Positions 38,501-60,427 of a stretch of 64,000 nt of DNA are shown here, piece by piece. This stretch comes from Blastocystis sp. Blastoise (taxonomy: Eukaryota > Protista > Bigyra: Opalinata). The notes under the pieces are model-generated. The model was not told the DNA's origin. It worked only from the letters and a program-made list of their open reading frames with translations, and did no database searches. Location of the stretch: the NCBI GenBank assembly GCA_039096225.1, contig JBBPEB010000002.1:186001-250000 (forward strand), given 5' to 3'. The translations under genes were made by a program, and so were the position numbers. Within the stretch, counting starts at the first letter, position 1; each line of letters begins with the position of its first letter.

Positions 38501-39560
38501 ATGAGAATATTAACAAAAAACAAATGAAAAATTTTTGACAAAAATTTCAAAAGTCATTTATTTATTGAGTTCAACTATTGACTCTTGTGACCTGAGTTTT
38601 TTATTAATTAAAAAAATAAAAAACATGTATCTGCTATGACATGTCTAGTTTCTAAATATGTTTTAACTTTTTTATTTTATCAAGAATTGATTGAGAAATC
38701 ACAATAACAAACTATACCCTTTTTTGAAAATTTTCATTTTTATGTTTTTCATATAAATGAATGTTTCTCAGTCAATATTAAATATTTAGATAAAATAAAA
38801 AATATGTATCTGCAATAGCTTATCCTAATTATGATTATGCTTTTATTTTTAAAAAATACCCAAAACTCAAGAAGAAAGACGAATAACAAACTATACTATC
38901 AAAACATCAAAATTTCTATTATCAAATATTTTCTTATTAAAACATTTTAAACAACTAAAAGACATACTAATGACATGTATTGATTCTAAATAACTTAAAT
39001 AAACTCAAATAAGTTTATAAAGAAGAAATGTGTTGGATATCAGTTTGTCTTTTGTTGTTATTTAAAGGAATTATTGTTGTTACAGAGTAGTTGAGGTCAT
39101 TATCATGACAACTGAAACCATTTTAGAGTTTAAAGTTAGTGATGTGTGTATTGATATGTTGTCAAGTTCTTAATATAAACAAATTTACCCGTCAAAACTA
39201 TTTATAAGACCAACCCGTCAATAAAAGTCAATTTTATAAAAATAAATATAGAGTATGTGAAGTGATATAGCAAAAATAAGAAAACAATAAAAAATGAAAA
39301 TGGAAAAATAAGTGTTTTTATAAAAATGAAGAATATTGGCTAAAATAAAAATAATCCAATAATTTTGGTTAAAATTTTGTGCGAAAATGGTTTTTTGCGT
39401 TTTTTAGCCAGAAATTTAGAGTTTTCGAAAAATTTCTTTAACAGTCATTTTCAGAATTGTGTTCCGGTTTTTATGATGTTATTTTTATTTTATAAAAGTT
39501 AATAACAAAGTCAATAAAGGTGAAAGTGTGTGAGACACCGTACTTTTGGGCTGCTAAATT
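35515..39560 (-). mobile_element. Possible non-autonomous Helitron/Helentron-like relic
   Basis: GC hairpin at 35523-35559; ~245-bp-spaced TTGAATCTC motif (~36987, 37234, 37481) as in the Helitron A array; ~190-bp repeats 37900-39000; no ORF. Termini not established. Confidence 0.4.
35926..36025. repeat. (TATTTC)n microsatellite
   Basis: Directly visible. Confidence 0.95.
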
Positions 39561-40359
39561 AAGGATATTAATAAAAGTGTTTGAATTAGACAAAAAAAAA
39601 GTCACTTTTTATATAGTATTACAAATATTGTAATTGGAAAAGATAATAGTGTTAAGAAAGCATAAATAAACATAATAACATAGAAGACAGCATCACACAA
39701 AAAGACCATAAAAAATGGAAATAAAATAAAAAATAAAATAGCACACAAATAAAAGCAATAGAAAAGAAAAGGATGATTATTTCAAAAAAGAAAAAAAAAT
39801 GAGTAATTGAAATGTAAAAGATATTTGACTAAAACAAGCTCTATGTGAACGAAAGGAGATATATATAGTTCTAAAGAAAGAAAGTTAATTAATAGAATAT
39901 AAATAAAAAAATGAATAAACAGAAGTAAATGATGTACAAACAATAAAATAAAATAATATCGAAAAGTATTTTTGTAAAAAGAATAAATAAGAATGAAAGA
40001 GATAATACAGTAGTACTGTAGTTAAGAAGAAGATGAAGAAGAAGGTGTTTTATAGATAGACCAAAAAGTAAAACAGATATGAACAGAATATTTCCTATAT
40101 ATGTATATATAAATTCACAAAAAAAAAATATACTCAACTTCTTTCACATAGATGAATGTTCTGATTTGATTGAAAAACAATATATATATATATATATAAA
40201 TAAACAAATATATATAAATAAAAAAATAAATGAAAACAAAAGAAGAACAACTTATATATATATATATATATATATATTAGTTTAATCAAACAATTATATT
40301 TTTAGATAGAATAATAATTAAAAACAAATAATGAGTGCAAAAAAACTAATACGTGTCTA

Positions 40360-41453
40360 CTATAGGTATTGTTCACAAATATGTTTGTGAATCTTCCCTA
40401 TAAACAGAGAATAGTTTGCATCCACTCCTTTCTTATCTTCATAAAGTTGTTCGCGGTAGGGGAACTCATGGGTTGATCCATGGAGAACAATCGTTGGCTA
40501 TAGAAGATGTCATATTAATAATCATATACAAATATAGAATATATATTAGAAAAATATATATTATTTAAAATTATAATATATAAAAATATACTGATGAGGA
40601 AAAAGAGTCTCTTTTTATCCAATTGACGAACTCTATAACTCGTTGTGAGTATTCATTCCCGCGGGGAATAAGAGATAGATGACTCACAGAATCAGCATCT
40701 AGAATGGTAGGGACGTTGAATAGAGATAAGAGTGTAGAAGAAGGAACTTTATGACCTAAGATAAGTACAGTTCTATATATATATATATATATATTTCTAT
40801 ATTATAATATATATCTATCTATAAAAAAAATAATTTAATATATATATATACCCTCTGTATCCAGACATAATATAAACCGATGAATCATTTATTGATAAGG
40901 AACATAAAAATAACCGCGGGGGAGGAATATAAAGACCAAAATCATCAAATCCCCACGGTTCATCAGGGTCTAGACAATATAAAGAGGGATATAATGTGTC
41001 TTTTAAGGCGGGTAATGAGCAAGTTTCCATGTACTATATATATAAATAATAAACAATTATAGAGTAAACTCATATACATATCGAATCCAACATCGTTGAT
41101 CCCCGCGGGTATCGACATCACACGAAGATGTATATTTATGTGTTGACAACGACAAAAGTGGAGATTTGAACAAGCCGTTAAGATAAAGAGGGAATAATTG
41201 AAGGGTTTCTGGAAGCACAAATTGTTCTATATAAGTTCGTAATAAATTACAAACATATAATTATTGAGATAATATATATACTAAAACTGTCTCGGATATA
41301 GCATTTCTTGCGATAGGTCGAAATAATTGTACAGAGACGATCCACGAGTTCTCCTCTAACGTCAATTAACGAATTTTTCGCAAGACTTAGTGACGCATGG
41401 CGTGTCATGAATAACAAAATCGCATCCATATCCATATGATTATATATCTAGAG

Positions 41454-41536
<83 letters not shown>

Positions 41537-42043
41537 AAAAGATAATCTTCAGTGACCATAAATTTATAATTAAAAACACGAAGATATTGTTTACCATGAC
41601 TATTTGTATAGCTATATTATAATAATTTTAATAATAAGTATATAATAATTATATAATTATAATACATACAGGAGTGTAGCTTGAATAAAAGCAATAGAGT
41701 CAGAAATGACGTCACGTGGCATCAGTTGAATCCCTAGAACTGTATCTTTCCCTATAACGGACGTCTTGAAGGTATTTTTATTCTTATTTTCCATATATAT
41801 ACCTCCATATACTGATATATGATCAAAACCTATATATATTATATGTATATCTATATATAGTAATGATATTAATATATAAAGAAAGCTATATATATAGAAA
41901 GCTATATACAATCAGATGTACGAATACACAGGGATGCATCATATTGTTGATAATCGTGAATAACTCTTCGTACATGGGAACATAAATCATTTAGTTTGTG
42001 TTCCAAACATATGCTGATGTCATCAATAAAGAATAATGTACCA

Positions 42044-42079
<36 letters not shown>

Positions 42080-42721
42080 AGTTTGTTTAGAGATATCTAC
42101 ACAGTTTGCCATATGTATATGTTTATCAGTGATAATGTTTATATGTATAGTAATACTATTATTGATACATTTCTCTAATAATAAGTCTGTTTGTGACTGA
42201 TCTTCACTGGTATCATAACTATTAATATATGAAATATATATATAAAATATATAATATATAAAAATGTTAAAAATATATAAAAATAAAAAAATAAACAAGA
42301 GATATTAAAAAGTATAATAGAAACAACTATAAATATTTGTGTAAAATAAGTTGATTTCCATTATGACTTTTATATAAATACGTTAATTGTTCCTTCTGTA
42401 CGTGCATATCAACTGTTTCATTTATTTGTTTACCATTATTATTAGAAAGTGAGGGTTCTCCTGAAAACACAAATACCTGTCCCCCCAAATTAACCAATTG
42501 ATGTATTGCACATTGGAGTGCTTTCCATCCTTTAGATATTCCCGCGGGAATATGAGGATTTATGAATGTATTTGAAATATAATCAGTTATATCATTCCAA
42601 TGTATATCAGTAACAGGAATAAAAATAGATTTGTTGGGAAGAAGAGGAATAGAAGAATTATCGTCATCTATAGTAATTTGATCAATATGATTATTCTATA
42701 GATGTAACATTGTTGTTAATC

Positions 42722-42797
<76 letters not shown>

Positions 42798-43412
42798 TAA
42801 GAGTAATAAAGTGAACACATGTATCATAAATGCAAATAGACATATATATAGATCCATTTTGATTAGATAATTGAGAAACTGTGTTTTTTATAATATTAAG
42901 AGAAGTCTAAATAAAGTATAGTTATAATGTATATATATATATATATATATATACTTGAAAAAGACCATTTTCATAAGTTGTTTCCATTCCAGAAATAATG
43001 AAAACATAATAAAGACACTAGATAGAAAAAAATATATATGTTATATATATATGTTATATACAGTACTATCATTTGAATTAGATGCATAATTCATATCAAT
43101 ATCATAAATTCCCCGTGAATATTGAGGGTAAATGAGAGAATCCTCATATGTATTCATAGGAATAGATGAAGGAATATTCTCTTTGGATAACTATATATAA
43201 TAAATCTATATATACACATATATATACATTATTTATTGTACTACATAGATTACATTTCCAGTGTTGTTTATCTTCTAATAGAGTTACATAATAATTGATA
43301 TATCCACTAGTAAAACATATATATATATAATTATATATATATATACCCACAATGTGTACATCTAATAGAATTTGTTAATGAAATACAGGGTATGTCTTCT
43401 TCTTCTTCTTCC

Positions 43413-43448
<36 letters not shown>

Positions 43449-45024
43449 CATAATAATAATAATAAATAGAATAAAAATAATAATAAATAGTATATATACA
43501 TATGTTGGAAAAGGTGTAATAGTGAAACCAATATCTATCTGAATATTTTTATACATAGAGAGGGATTTAGGGATATAAGACATTGTAGATCGACAATAAC
43601 GAGGATTTGGAAGTCCTGTATCACGTGCTACATAACGTATATCACATGGAGGAGTTATAAGCTGTAAATATTTAATAATAATAAATATATAATAATAAAT
43701 ATATAATAATAATAAATATATAATAATAATAAATATATAATAATAAATATTTAATAATAATAAATATATAATAATAATAAATATATAATAATAATAAATA
43801 TATAATAATAATAAATATATAATAATAATAAATATTTAATAATAATAAATATATAATAATAATAAATATATATAATACTATATACATACCATATTGGATT
43901 CACTGAGTGTATCACAATAATATACTGATCTTTGCCGTAAGGGGTGTGGGAGAGAGTTCAAATCTGTGTAGGAGGGGTCAATAGGACTCTCTTGGGGTGG
44001 CTATATATATATAGAAAATAAACAAAAATAAATATTGATATAAATATATAAATATAAAAATAGAAACAAAAAATTAAAAAATGATATGATAAATAAATAA
44101 TAATAATAAAATAATAATAATAATAAATTAAATAATAATAAAAATATTTATAAAAAAACAATTATATACATTTTGAAGATAGACAGAAGGTGTAATATAT
44201 TTAGATATGACATTATGTGAATTAGTATGTGTTGGTGATGGCTGAATGATAGTTTCAGCAGGAGTCAGAGTGGATGTATTCATTGAAAGTTGTGTTTCTT
44301 CGTCGATTGTCGATAAAGAAAAACTCTTCTGAAGATGAGCTGGTACTATATAGAAAAAATAATATATATTATAATATATATATATTGATATTATATAATA
44401 TATAAATATATTTATATAATTTCATTTCTAGTTTACAAAGAATAAACACAAATAAAAGTTTTCAAATAATATCGATAAAGTATGAATATAAATACAACTA
44501 AATAAAAACAAAAATAATAAATATACAATTATATGAATTTTCATATAAAGATGCAGCAGTAATATCTCTTTTTTGATATTTCTGAGGTAGATCTGTAAAT
44601 GACATTATTTCTTCATCATTATCTTCATCAGAATCACATAACGATAGAGATAATTGAGAATGACAAGGTGACGGTGCATTTATATCTTTAAATGATCCTT
44701 GACGATGAATAGAACGATTTAATGGTGACATAGATTGTTTTGGACTTCCAGAAAAACGATTTGATGGAGATGCATACATTGAACTATTTAATGGTACAAC
44801 AGGAAGATCAAATGCAAGTTTTTTGTTTAGTCCATTTGATGGTGGAGCATTAATTGGTGAAAATATATCTGATAAATTCATAGAAAAAAGGCTAAAGTCA
44901 TTATCTTCTGTATCCTATATGTAATAAAGCAAAACAATTATTAAAATGAAATAAGAATAGTACTTAGAAGACATACAACAGGTGATAGGCTTTTTGCAAA
45001 AGGGTTGGAATGAGACTGTTCCAT
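40360..45024 (-). CDS. SEC24: COPII coat subunit Sec24, multi-exon
   Basis: [28 protein letters not shown] zinc finger, GGQVFVF trunk motif, [24 protein letters not shown]-terminal [14 protein letters not shown]. The start at 45024 is inferred. Confidence 0.85.
43673..43875. repeat. 17-bp AT-only minisatellite (AATAATAATAAATATAT) in a Sec24 intron
   Basis: Directly visible. Confidence 0.85.
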
Positions 45025-45572
45025 AATTGTTTTTATTTTTTAATCAATAACTCAAAAGAATAAAAGCTTTAACAACGTAGAAACAAGATTTCTTTAGTAC
45101 ACCAAAAAAAAGTACTACTTTATAAAGAATAATAAAATTAATAGTGGAAAAAGAGATTACTGTTATGGCACACTTTTATTTCATATGTTTGTAAAAAAAT
45201 ATTCATATTGTTTGCAGCTATTATTTTCAAATAATTTATTTACTTATCATTTTATTATGCTGATAAAGTAGATATTATTCTAATGAATTGACAAGTTGTA
45301 CAATAAAAAAAATTCTTTTCTTAATTGTAATTTAATCAAAAGTAAATGTATATATGTTAATCATATAAATATAAATATATCAGATAGTTAAGATCAATAA
45401 AATAGAAACGAAACAAACGAAGAGATGGCCTAACTGTGAGAGATATCAACATATCTACATAAATACATGAATCCAAAGGTATATTAATCCTTAAAATTAA
45501 GAAATATTTATATGAATAATTAAATTTGGTAATCAAGTATATATGGTTGATTAGATATAGTAAACACCCAGC

Positions 45573-45966
45573 TTAAATGTTAAGCTTCGTACGTCTCCAA
45601 TGACGTCTCTTAGAATTGTATCTATATAATATCATCAATATATTTATAATTCATTGTTTAGATTAATCATATTTGAAAAATAAGAATACAATAATAAAAA
45701 AAAGAATAATGATTAAAAAAGATAGCCAGAATGTCATTGAAAGAACTGCACAAATAGATAATAAATATATATGCAAGTGAATATCAACGTAAATTCATAA
45801 AGTGAGCAAAAAAAAAATAAAATGAAATATATAAAATAAAAAAATAGTGTGAATTGTATCTGATGGTGTTATCAGTACGCATACGGATCCATTGAGGAAG
45901 AGGTCTGTTTTGATTCATCTTTTTAGCGAGAATCTTCTTAGTACGGAATGACTTATGAGAAGGCAT
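45573..45966 (-). CDS. RPL39: 60S ribosomal protein L39 (eL39), 51 aa, 2 exons
   Basis: [36 protein letters not shown]|[15 protein letters not shown]; exons 45966-45860 and 45621-45573. Confidence 0.95.
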
Positions 45967-46894
45967 GATAAAAAATAGAATGAGTAACAGTTGCTTTCTT
46001 TAATATCTATATAAAATTTGATAACTATAACACATACCATGATACAATATGAGTAGTAAGGCCAAATATATTGTCTAACAAGAAAAGTAAGAGAAAATTT
46101 TGGTTTTAAGGAAAAGTTTCAATTTATAAAAATAAGGGGGTATTTTATGCGATATAGACAATTAGAATACATTTTGTTTTTCATCCAGGGGGTATTTTTC
46201 AATTTCGTTTCTATTCCCAAGTTCCGTGATTATTTTTATATTTTTGTCCATTTTTTACATTTTATTCATTAATATTTGTATATTTCCAGTCTAGAAAGAA
46301 TTGTTTTTTTCTTTATATTTGAATAGACATATTGTATAATTTCATTTTGTATTTAGTCTCCAATGTTACTTGCATTGAAATATCTGAAAATTGAGTTAAA
46401 ATTCTTACAAATCATTTTTTTTTATTTCTTAAAATGATACGTATAGACTTCATAGAGTGTTGTTTGCTTTATATATGATTTGAATATCTTAATTTTGTAT
46501 TTAAAAGCAGAAATAAGTATGGTTTTTCCAATTTTCTGTTTTTTCTCTAAACATACTGTGTTTGTCTTGTTTATTTTTTTGTGAGTATTTTATTAGCAGT
46601 TCAGAAAGCAATATTACTTTAAAATTAAATGGCAAATTACGTAATTGATCTTCGTTTTCATTGCTCATTTCGTTAATAATTATTATTTGATAGAAACATC
46701 ATATTTCATAGCATGCAGTCTACAAATAACATAATTTCAAAATTGATATATAACTGGTAAAGTCATATAATGATAATAAAAAATATTTTCCAAATATTTT
46801 GCTGGCAAATTTCAAAAGAAAAACCAGCAACGAGCAATTATTTTGTCGTTTCTTTGTTTCTTTTAATTTTCTTGTGTTCTGTCGTTTATTAACA

Positions 46895-48084
46895 ATGCAA
46901 GACACTAATACAAATACTACAAGAATACAGGGAACAGGACATCCAGTTCTTCCAAAGAAAAGAGGCAAAACACCTCCTACAGCCCAAGAAGTCTATATGA
47001 CTGAGACTACACATAAGATTACTTACAATGTGAAAAAGAATAATAAAAATGAAATCAAGTCAATTTGGAAAGAATTCAAAGAGAAAAACATGGCTCCAAA
47101 AGCGTAATTGATTTTATTATTTATTCATAATTCATTATCTAAGTGTTAAACATATTTTTTTGATTTACTATTCTATTTTTGTTGTTATGTTTCTAAAGAA
47201 TTTTAATTGAAATACTTATATAGACAATGGGTTGCTTTCATACTTCATATTTGTGATAGTCAAAATGATTTAGAATTCGTTGAAGATATTATTCAAACAG
47301 CAGAATCTTATTCCATTGCTCTTCAAGAACCCAGCTATTCTTGTATATATATTATTTTATACTAAATATATTCTATTTAAACTTGATTTTTCTATATTAT
47401 AAATGATCTAATAATAATTTTTTTTATATATATCTTTATTTATTTATAGTATACCTTCATTTGCTTTGTGATTCAGATCAAATCAAGAAGGCACGTGATA
47501 TTCTAGAATCTCTTCAATCTTCCAAAGTCGTTCCGCGGTATGAATTTATTTGTTTTTCTTTTTCAAATATTGCTTTTAATTTTTTTTTTTTGGGGGGGTT
47601 GTATTCATATTTATTATATATAAATGATTATAGGATTTGTTGTACATAATTATTGTTTATTATTAATAATTCTTTTCTATATCATTTCATATTTATATTC
47701 TATCAAACTAATTTTTATTATTTTTTTTATATATAATAATAATATTTTCTGAATAAATACAATAATTATTATTGTTTTTCTTTAGTATTCGTACCTATAC
47801 TCCTTTCTTAGAGTATACCAAACGTCATGCTGATGTAGATCTATTGAATTATATTGTTAACCAATTGAAACATTATAATCTATATTCTGATATTGAAATC
47901 TATTCCTATATCTTAGATACGTGTATATATTTATATATATATCACATTATATACATATTTTATTTTATATATATATTATATATATTATATTATATACAAT
48001 TTTTATTTTAAATATATTATATGTATGATATTATATACAAATTTATTTTATATGTATTATATTACATTATATACATGTTCTATT

Positions 48085-48115
<31 letters not shown>

Positions 48116-49282
48116 GATACAAATGCTTCTCTTCCTTCACTTTTCATGAATCTTCTTCGTGAAATGGCAGTATCATTTGATATTCTTACACCGGCTATTT
48201 ATGAATCCTTAAAAACATTCGTTAATAAGTATATATATAGAGTTATTATATATATGGAGTTATTATATTTTTCATAATTTTTATTTTATTTATTTTATTT
48301 ATGTATATAGATATCCAGATTATACTTTAACAGATACAACTATTTCTCCTAAAGGTGTTTGTGACCATTGTTCCCGCCAATTAGAAAAGCGGGAACTTAA
48401 AGATTCAGATCGTTACCCTCTTTGTAACCTTCTTGAACAAATTATTCGTATATATATATATATATATTCATATAAATATTAATTCGTATATCTTCAATTA
48501 TTATTATTTATCTAATTTATTACTATATATCCTATATAAATAATCTATATATATATATATATATTGATATATATTATAGGAGAAAGAGATAAACACAATA
48601 CTATTTTCAATAAACTTATGGAATTCACAAAAATACGTCATTTTAAAGTAGCTATTGATGGTGCCAATGTAGCTCATTATAAACAAAATTTTATTGGAGG
48701 AGATTTCTGTTTTGAACAAATCTGGTTGGCTGTAGATCATCTGATTAAAGATCTTCATTACAAAGAATCTGATCTTTGTATCTTTTTACATGAAAAACAT
48801 TTTTCACAACCTAATGCTAAACTTAATGTATATATATATAAAATAATAATTTTTTTATTTATTATTTTTTATTCAATAAGATAATTATTTATTATATTAA
48901 TATTATGAATAATAAGAATTATCTACTCTATAGGAGTATATGAATAAAGGTATGGTATATGAAGTACATAGAGGAGAGAATGATGACTGGTTCTGGATGT
49001 ATTATGCTCTATTTCATAATGTCTATGTATATATATTATATATTATATTTTATATATTATATATATTATATATATTATATATATTATATATATTTATTTA
49101 TTTATTTAGTTACTTTCAAATGATCAAATGAGAGATCATTTCTTTAGAATGAGTTTTCCACGGGAATTCAGACATTTTAGAGAAAACAATCAAATTTATT
49201 ATGATATAACTTTTAAATCAGATCATAAAGAAATAAAATTTATACAACCTCTTCCTTATTCTCTATATATTCAAGTATATAT

Positions 49283-49367
<85 letters not shown>

Positions 49368-49551
49368 TATTCTTTGCTTTAATAGGAACAAGGAGATGAT
49401 ATTCATATACCCATGGGAATCAAGGAGGAACGAGATGGAAGGGAATATATTTTCAATAAATGGGTCTGTTTTCAACATAGTATATATTATTCTATATTTA
49501 TATATAAATATATTTTAATATGTTTTTTTATGTATAGAACACATAGAGTAA
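46895..49551 (+). CDS. PRORP: Protein-only RNase P (PPR plus NYN domains), multi-exon
   Basis: GVCDHC, AIDGANVAHYKQNF, GENDDWFWMY, SNDQMRDHFF, IHIP..WVC. Confidence 0.92.
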
Positions 49552-49988
49552 TATTTTATAATATCATTGACTCGATCTATAAACCTTATTATTTCTGTTT
49601 TCCATTTAATTATCAACATATGATTATTTCTAATCAAATTATACGAATCATTTATATTGTTTTCTTTTTAAATTATTTTCAAAAACATAAGAATATCTTA
49701 AAAAGGTAATATTTTTTTGAATATATAAATAAATCAAAACCTTTTTTTTTACATAAATATACAATGAACATGGTCTAAAAGATAAATACTGTTCATCATT
49801 AATATATATATATTAAATATATTTATAAGTTATACAACTATTCATTGTTTGTACTATCTCATTTTTTATTTTATAAAATTCATTATTACTATTTATTAAA
49901 ATTATATATTATTTGGTAAACTCAACATATGAAAATCATTAGAAAATTGACAAGCTATTTTTTTTTATTTAAGTAATAATACGATCAT

Positions 49989-50471
49989 TTATCCCCAATC
50001 ACTTCTTGGATATGAATATAGAATTGTATCAGAAATAGGAAGTAAAGAAGGAGGTAAATCGGATTGTGTTGGAAGTAATAATTCTTGAAATTCTTTTGGT
50101 AATTGTTCTTCTTGTTCATAATGTCGTTTTTGTGTTTGTTCATCAACAGGAACCCATTTTTCATCATCTATATCTAATACATTGGATTGTAAAACACCAC
50201 ATGGTATAACAGAAGTAGATTGAGGATTTGATGGAGGTTGAACAAAATGCCTAAATGGACATGTAGGACCTAAAGGACAGAATCCAGTTTGTTGCCAGAT
50301 AAGACATATCGGTATATTTAGTGACGATGCATATACAGGATTTTGAACACTTTCATACCATAATCGAACATTCTGTTGGTGTTGAGCTGTAGCATTATGC
50401 TTTCGAACAGATTGCACATTGTCGACAAGATCTCTATCACAATAATCACAATGATATTTTTGTTCTGGCAT
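49989..50471 (-). CDS. ZMAT5: U11/U12 snRNP 20K protein (matrin-type plus CCCH zinc fingers)
   Basis: YHCDYCDR..RKHN..HQ..WY, C-x8-C-x5-C-x3-H, LPPSL.P and terminal WG. Confidence 0.85.
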   Translation of the reverse strand: MPEQKYHCDYCDRDLVDNVQSVRKHNATAQHQQNVRLWYESVQNPVYASSLNIPICLIWQQTGFCPLGPTCPFRHFVQPPSNPQSTSVIPCGVLQSNVLDIDDEKWVPVDEQTQKRHYEQEEQLPKEFQELLLPTQSDLPPSLLPISDTILYSYPRSDWG

Positions 50472-50786
50472 TCGATATTCAGTGCCTTCCCGACTTTTTG
50501 TGACACTTGCGGTGACTTTTTTTGACAGTCACATAAAGTCACTTTAAGTCAGACTTAATATGACTTAATATAATAATAAATATTTTTACACTGTCAAAAA
50601 TTAACAAAAGTGTCACATTTTTCTGTGACAATTGCGGCACCGCAAAAAAAAAGGGCCTTTTGGAAGTCACTGTCGATATTATTTTGAAAAAAATAATTTT
50701 TTTGGTCGTTTCTATTTTTAAATTATATAATTATTTAGATATTATGTTTTATAAAAATAATGAAAAAAATAGTATTGTCAAGATTT

Positions 50787-51460
50787 ATGTCTACCTCAAT
50801 TATATATGAGGGTGTATGTAAATCAGAAGAAGAATTAATGGAATTAGGAAAGAAAACGTCGTCCATCTTACAGAAAGGTGTTCCTGTATTTCTTTTCGGG
50901 TATATTTATTATTATATATACTCATAACTATATGAATAAGCGATATTGGTGTAGGAAAAACGTGTTTTACAAGAGGTTTGATTCGTTCTTTTGTTAATAA
51001 TGAAAAGATTATTGTGAATTCTCCTTCATTTGTTCTTCAAAAAAGTTACAAAAATAAAATTACGAACAATATGTATATCTTTAAATGAAATTTATTCATT
51101 TATTTTTATTTTTTTCAATTTTTTCTATTTAGAATACATCATTATGATCTTTATCGACTTGGAACCGTTGAAAATATCATGCAAATAGGTGTTGATTCTG
51201 TGATAAAGAATGGTATGTTTTCTATATTTAAAAACTACTTTTTATTTTCATAGGATATACAGTACTTGAATGGCCAGAATTGATATATAAGTTGTACTCA
51301 AATCGTATTGATGTATATTAAGAATTTTTTATAATATATCAAGCTATACTATAGGTTTGGATACAATATAATAAAGAAAACACTGACCGATTTGTAACAA
51401 TTAAAGTATATTTTATTTATAGGTTCTATCTATTTATATATATAGAAGAAAATAGAATAG
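50787..51460 (+). CDS. tsaE: TsaE/YjeE-family P-loop ATPase, spliced
   Basis: LFG|DIGVGKTCFTRGLI, VNSPSFVL..Y, HYDLYRL, LEWPE; short exons missed by the ORF track; last exon uncertain. Confidence 0.88.
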
Positions 51461-52447
51461 TATTTCTAATAAATATTTGTTTTGTTATCTTTAATATATA
51501 TATAGACTTTATTCCATATTATGATAGTATTATAATTGTTATAATATATATATATTATACTGAGAATTTGTGGAAAAATTATATTATTATCCTAGAAATG
51601 AATTATAGTATTTAGTTTTTATCCTATTCATGAATAATCAGTCATTATGACACGAATATATATAGAATAATAGGAATAAAAGATTATGGAACTTTTCCTG
51701 TTATTGATGGACCATTATTGTTTCTATAGATATAATAAACATCAATTAAATTGATGAGTGAACATATTTATATAGAATTCTTAACAAATAACATTATTTT
51801 TTGATATATATATTTTTTTAAATATTTATCATTACTAAATAAGAAATCACTCAGTTTGTATATCATTATCAACATAATGAAGTATCTGAAAATTAATTAT
51901 TTTATATATTACTTAATATATAATCATAAAATACGTGATTTCTACAAAAATGTCTAACATTCTCTGATAATTCAAGAATCAAAAATATAGTGGAGAACAA
52001 GAATATATTTTATTTCAAATAATTTTTATGAATTATACGATCAACCATAAAAAGTGTTTCTAAGTCATAATTTGTTATGGTAAAAAAAATATAATGCAAC
52101 ATGAGATGAACAAACTATTTCATGATAAGTACATACATCAAACTAAATATATACTTGAGTTACAACTAAAAGTCTTTCATATTCAATTATGTCATATTCA
52201 AATAAAGACGTGTCATTCATATCAACATATCTAAAACTTTGGCTAGTATCACAGAAAATGAGAACAGCTTAGGATAAGCTCTACAACCATTTTAATTAGA
52301 TTCAATATTTGAATTACTAAGAAATTCATAAATATTTATAGAAATCTAGTTGCTGAAACGAAAAAAATCAGAAAAAAAAATTAAAAAAATAAAAAAGTTC
52401 GTATTTTACTTCTTTTGTGTTACGATTTTATTTATTTAAAACATAAA

Positions 52448-60427
<7,980 letters not shown>

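Noticed and set aside
41852-41866. 15-nt match to the Helitron 5' end in a Sec24 intron
   Set aside because: Low-complexity AT sequence in a short intron, with no downstream homology or 3' hairpin.
45555-45575. Blastocystis-type TGTTTGTT polyadenylation motif after the stop
   Set aside because: TGTTTACT follows RPL39 only; other genes here lack it and all have encoded stops.
45690-45810. Intronic snoRNA in RPL39
   Set aside because: No convincing C/D or H/ACA boxes by eye.
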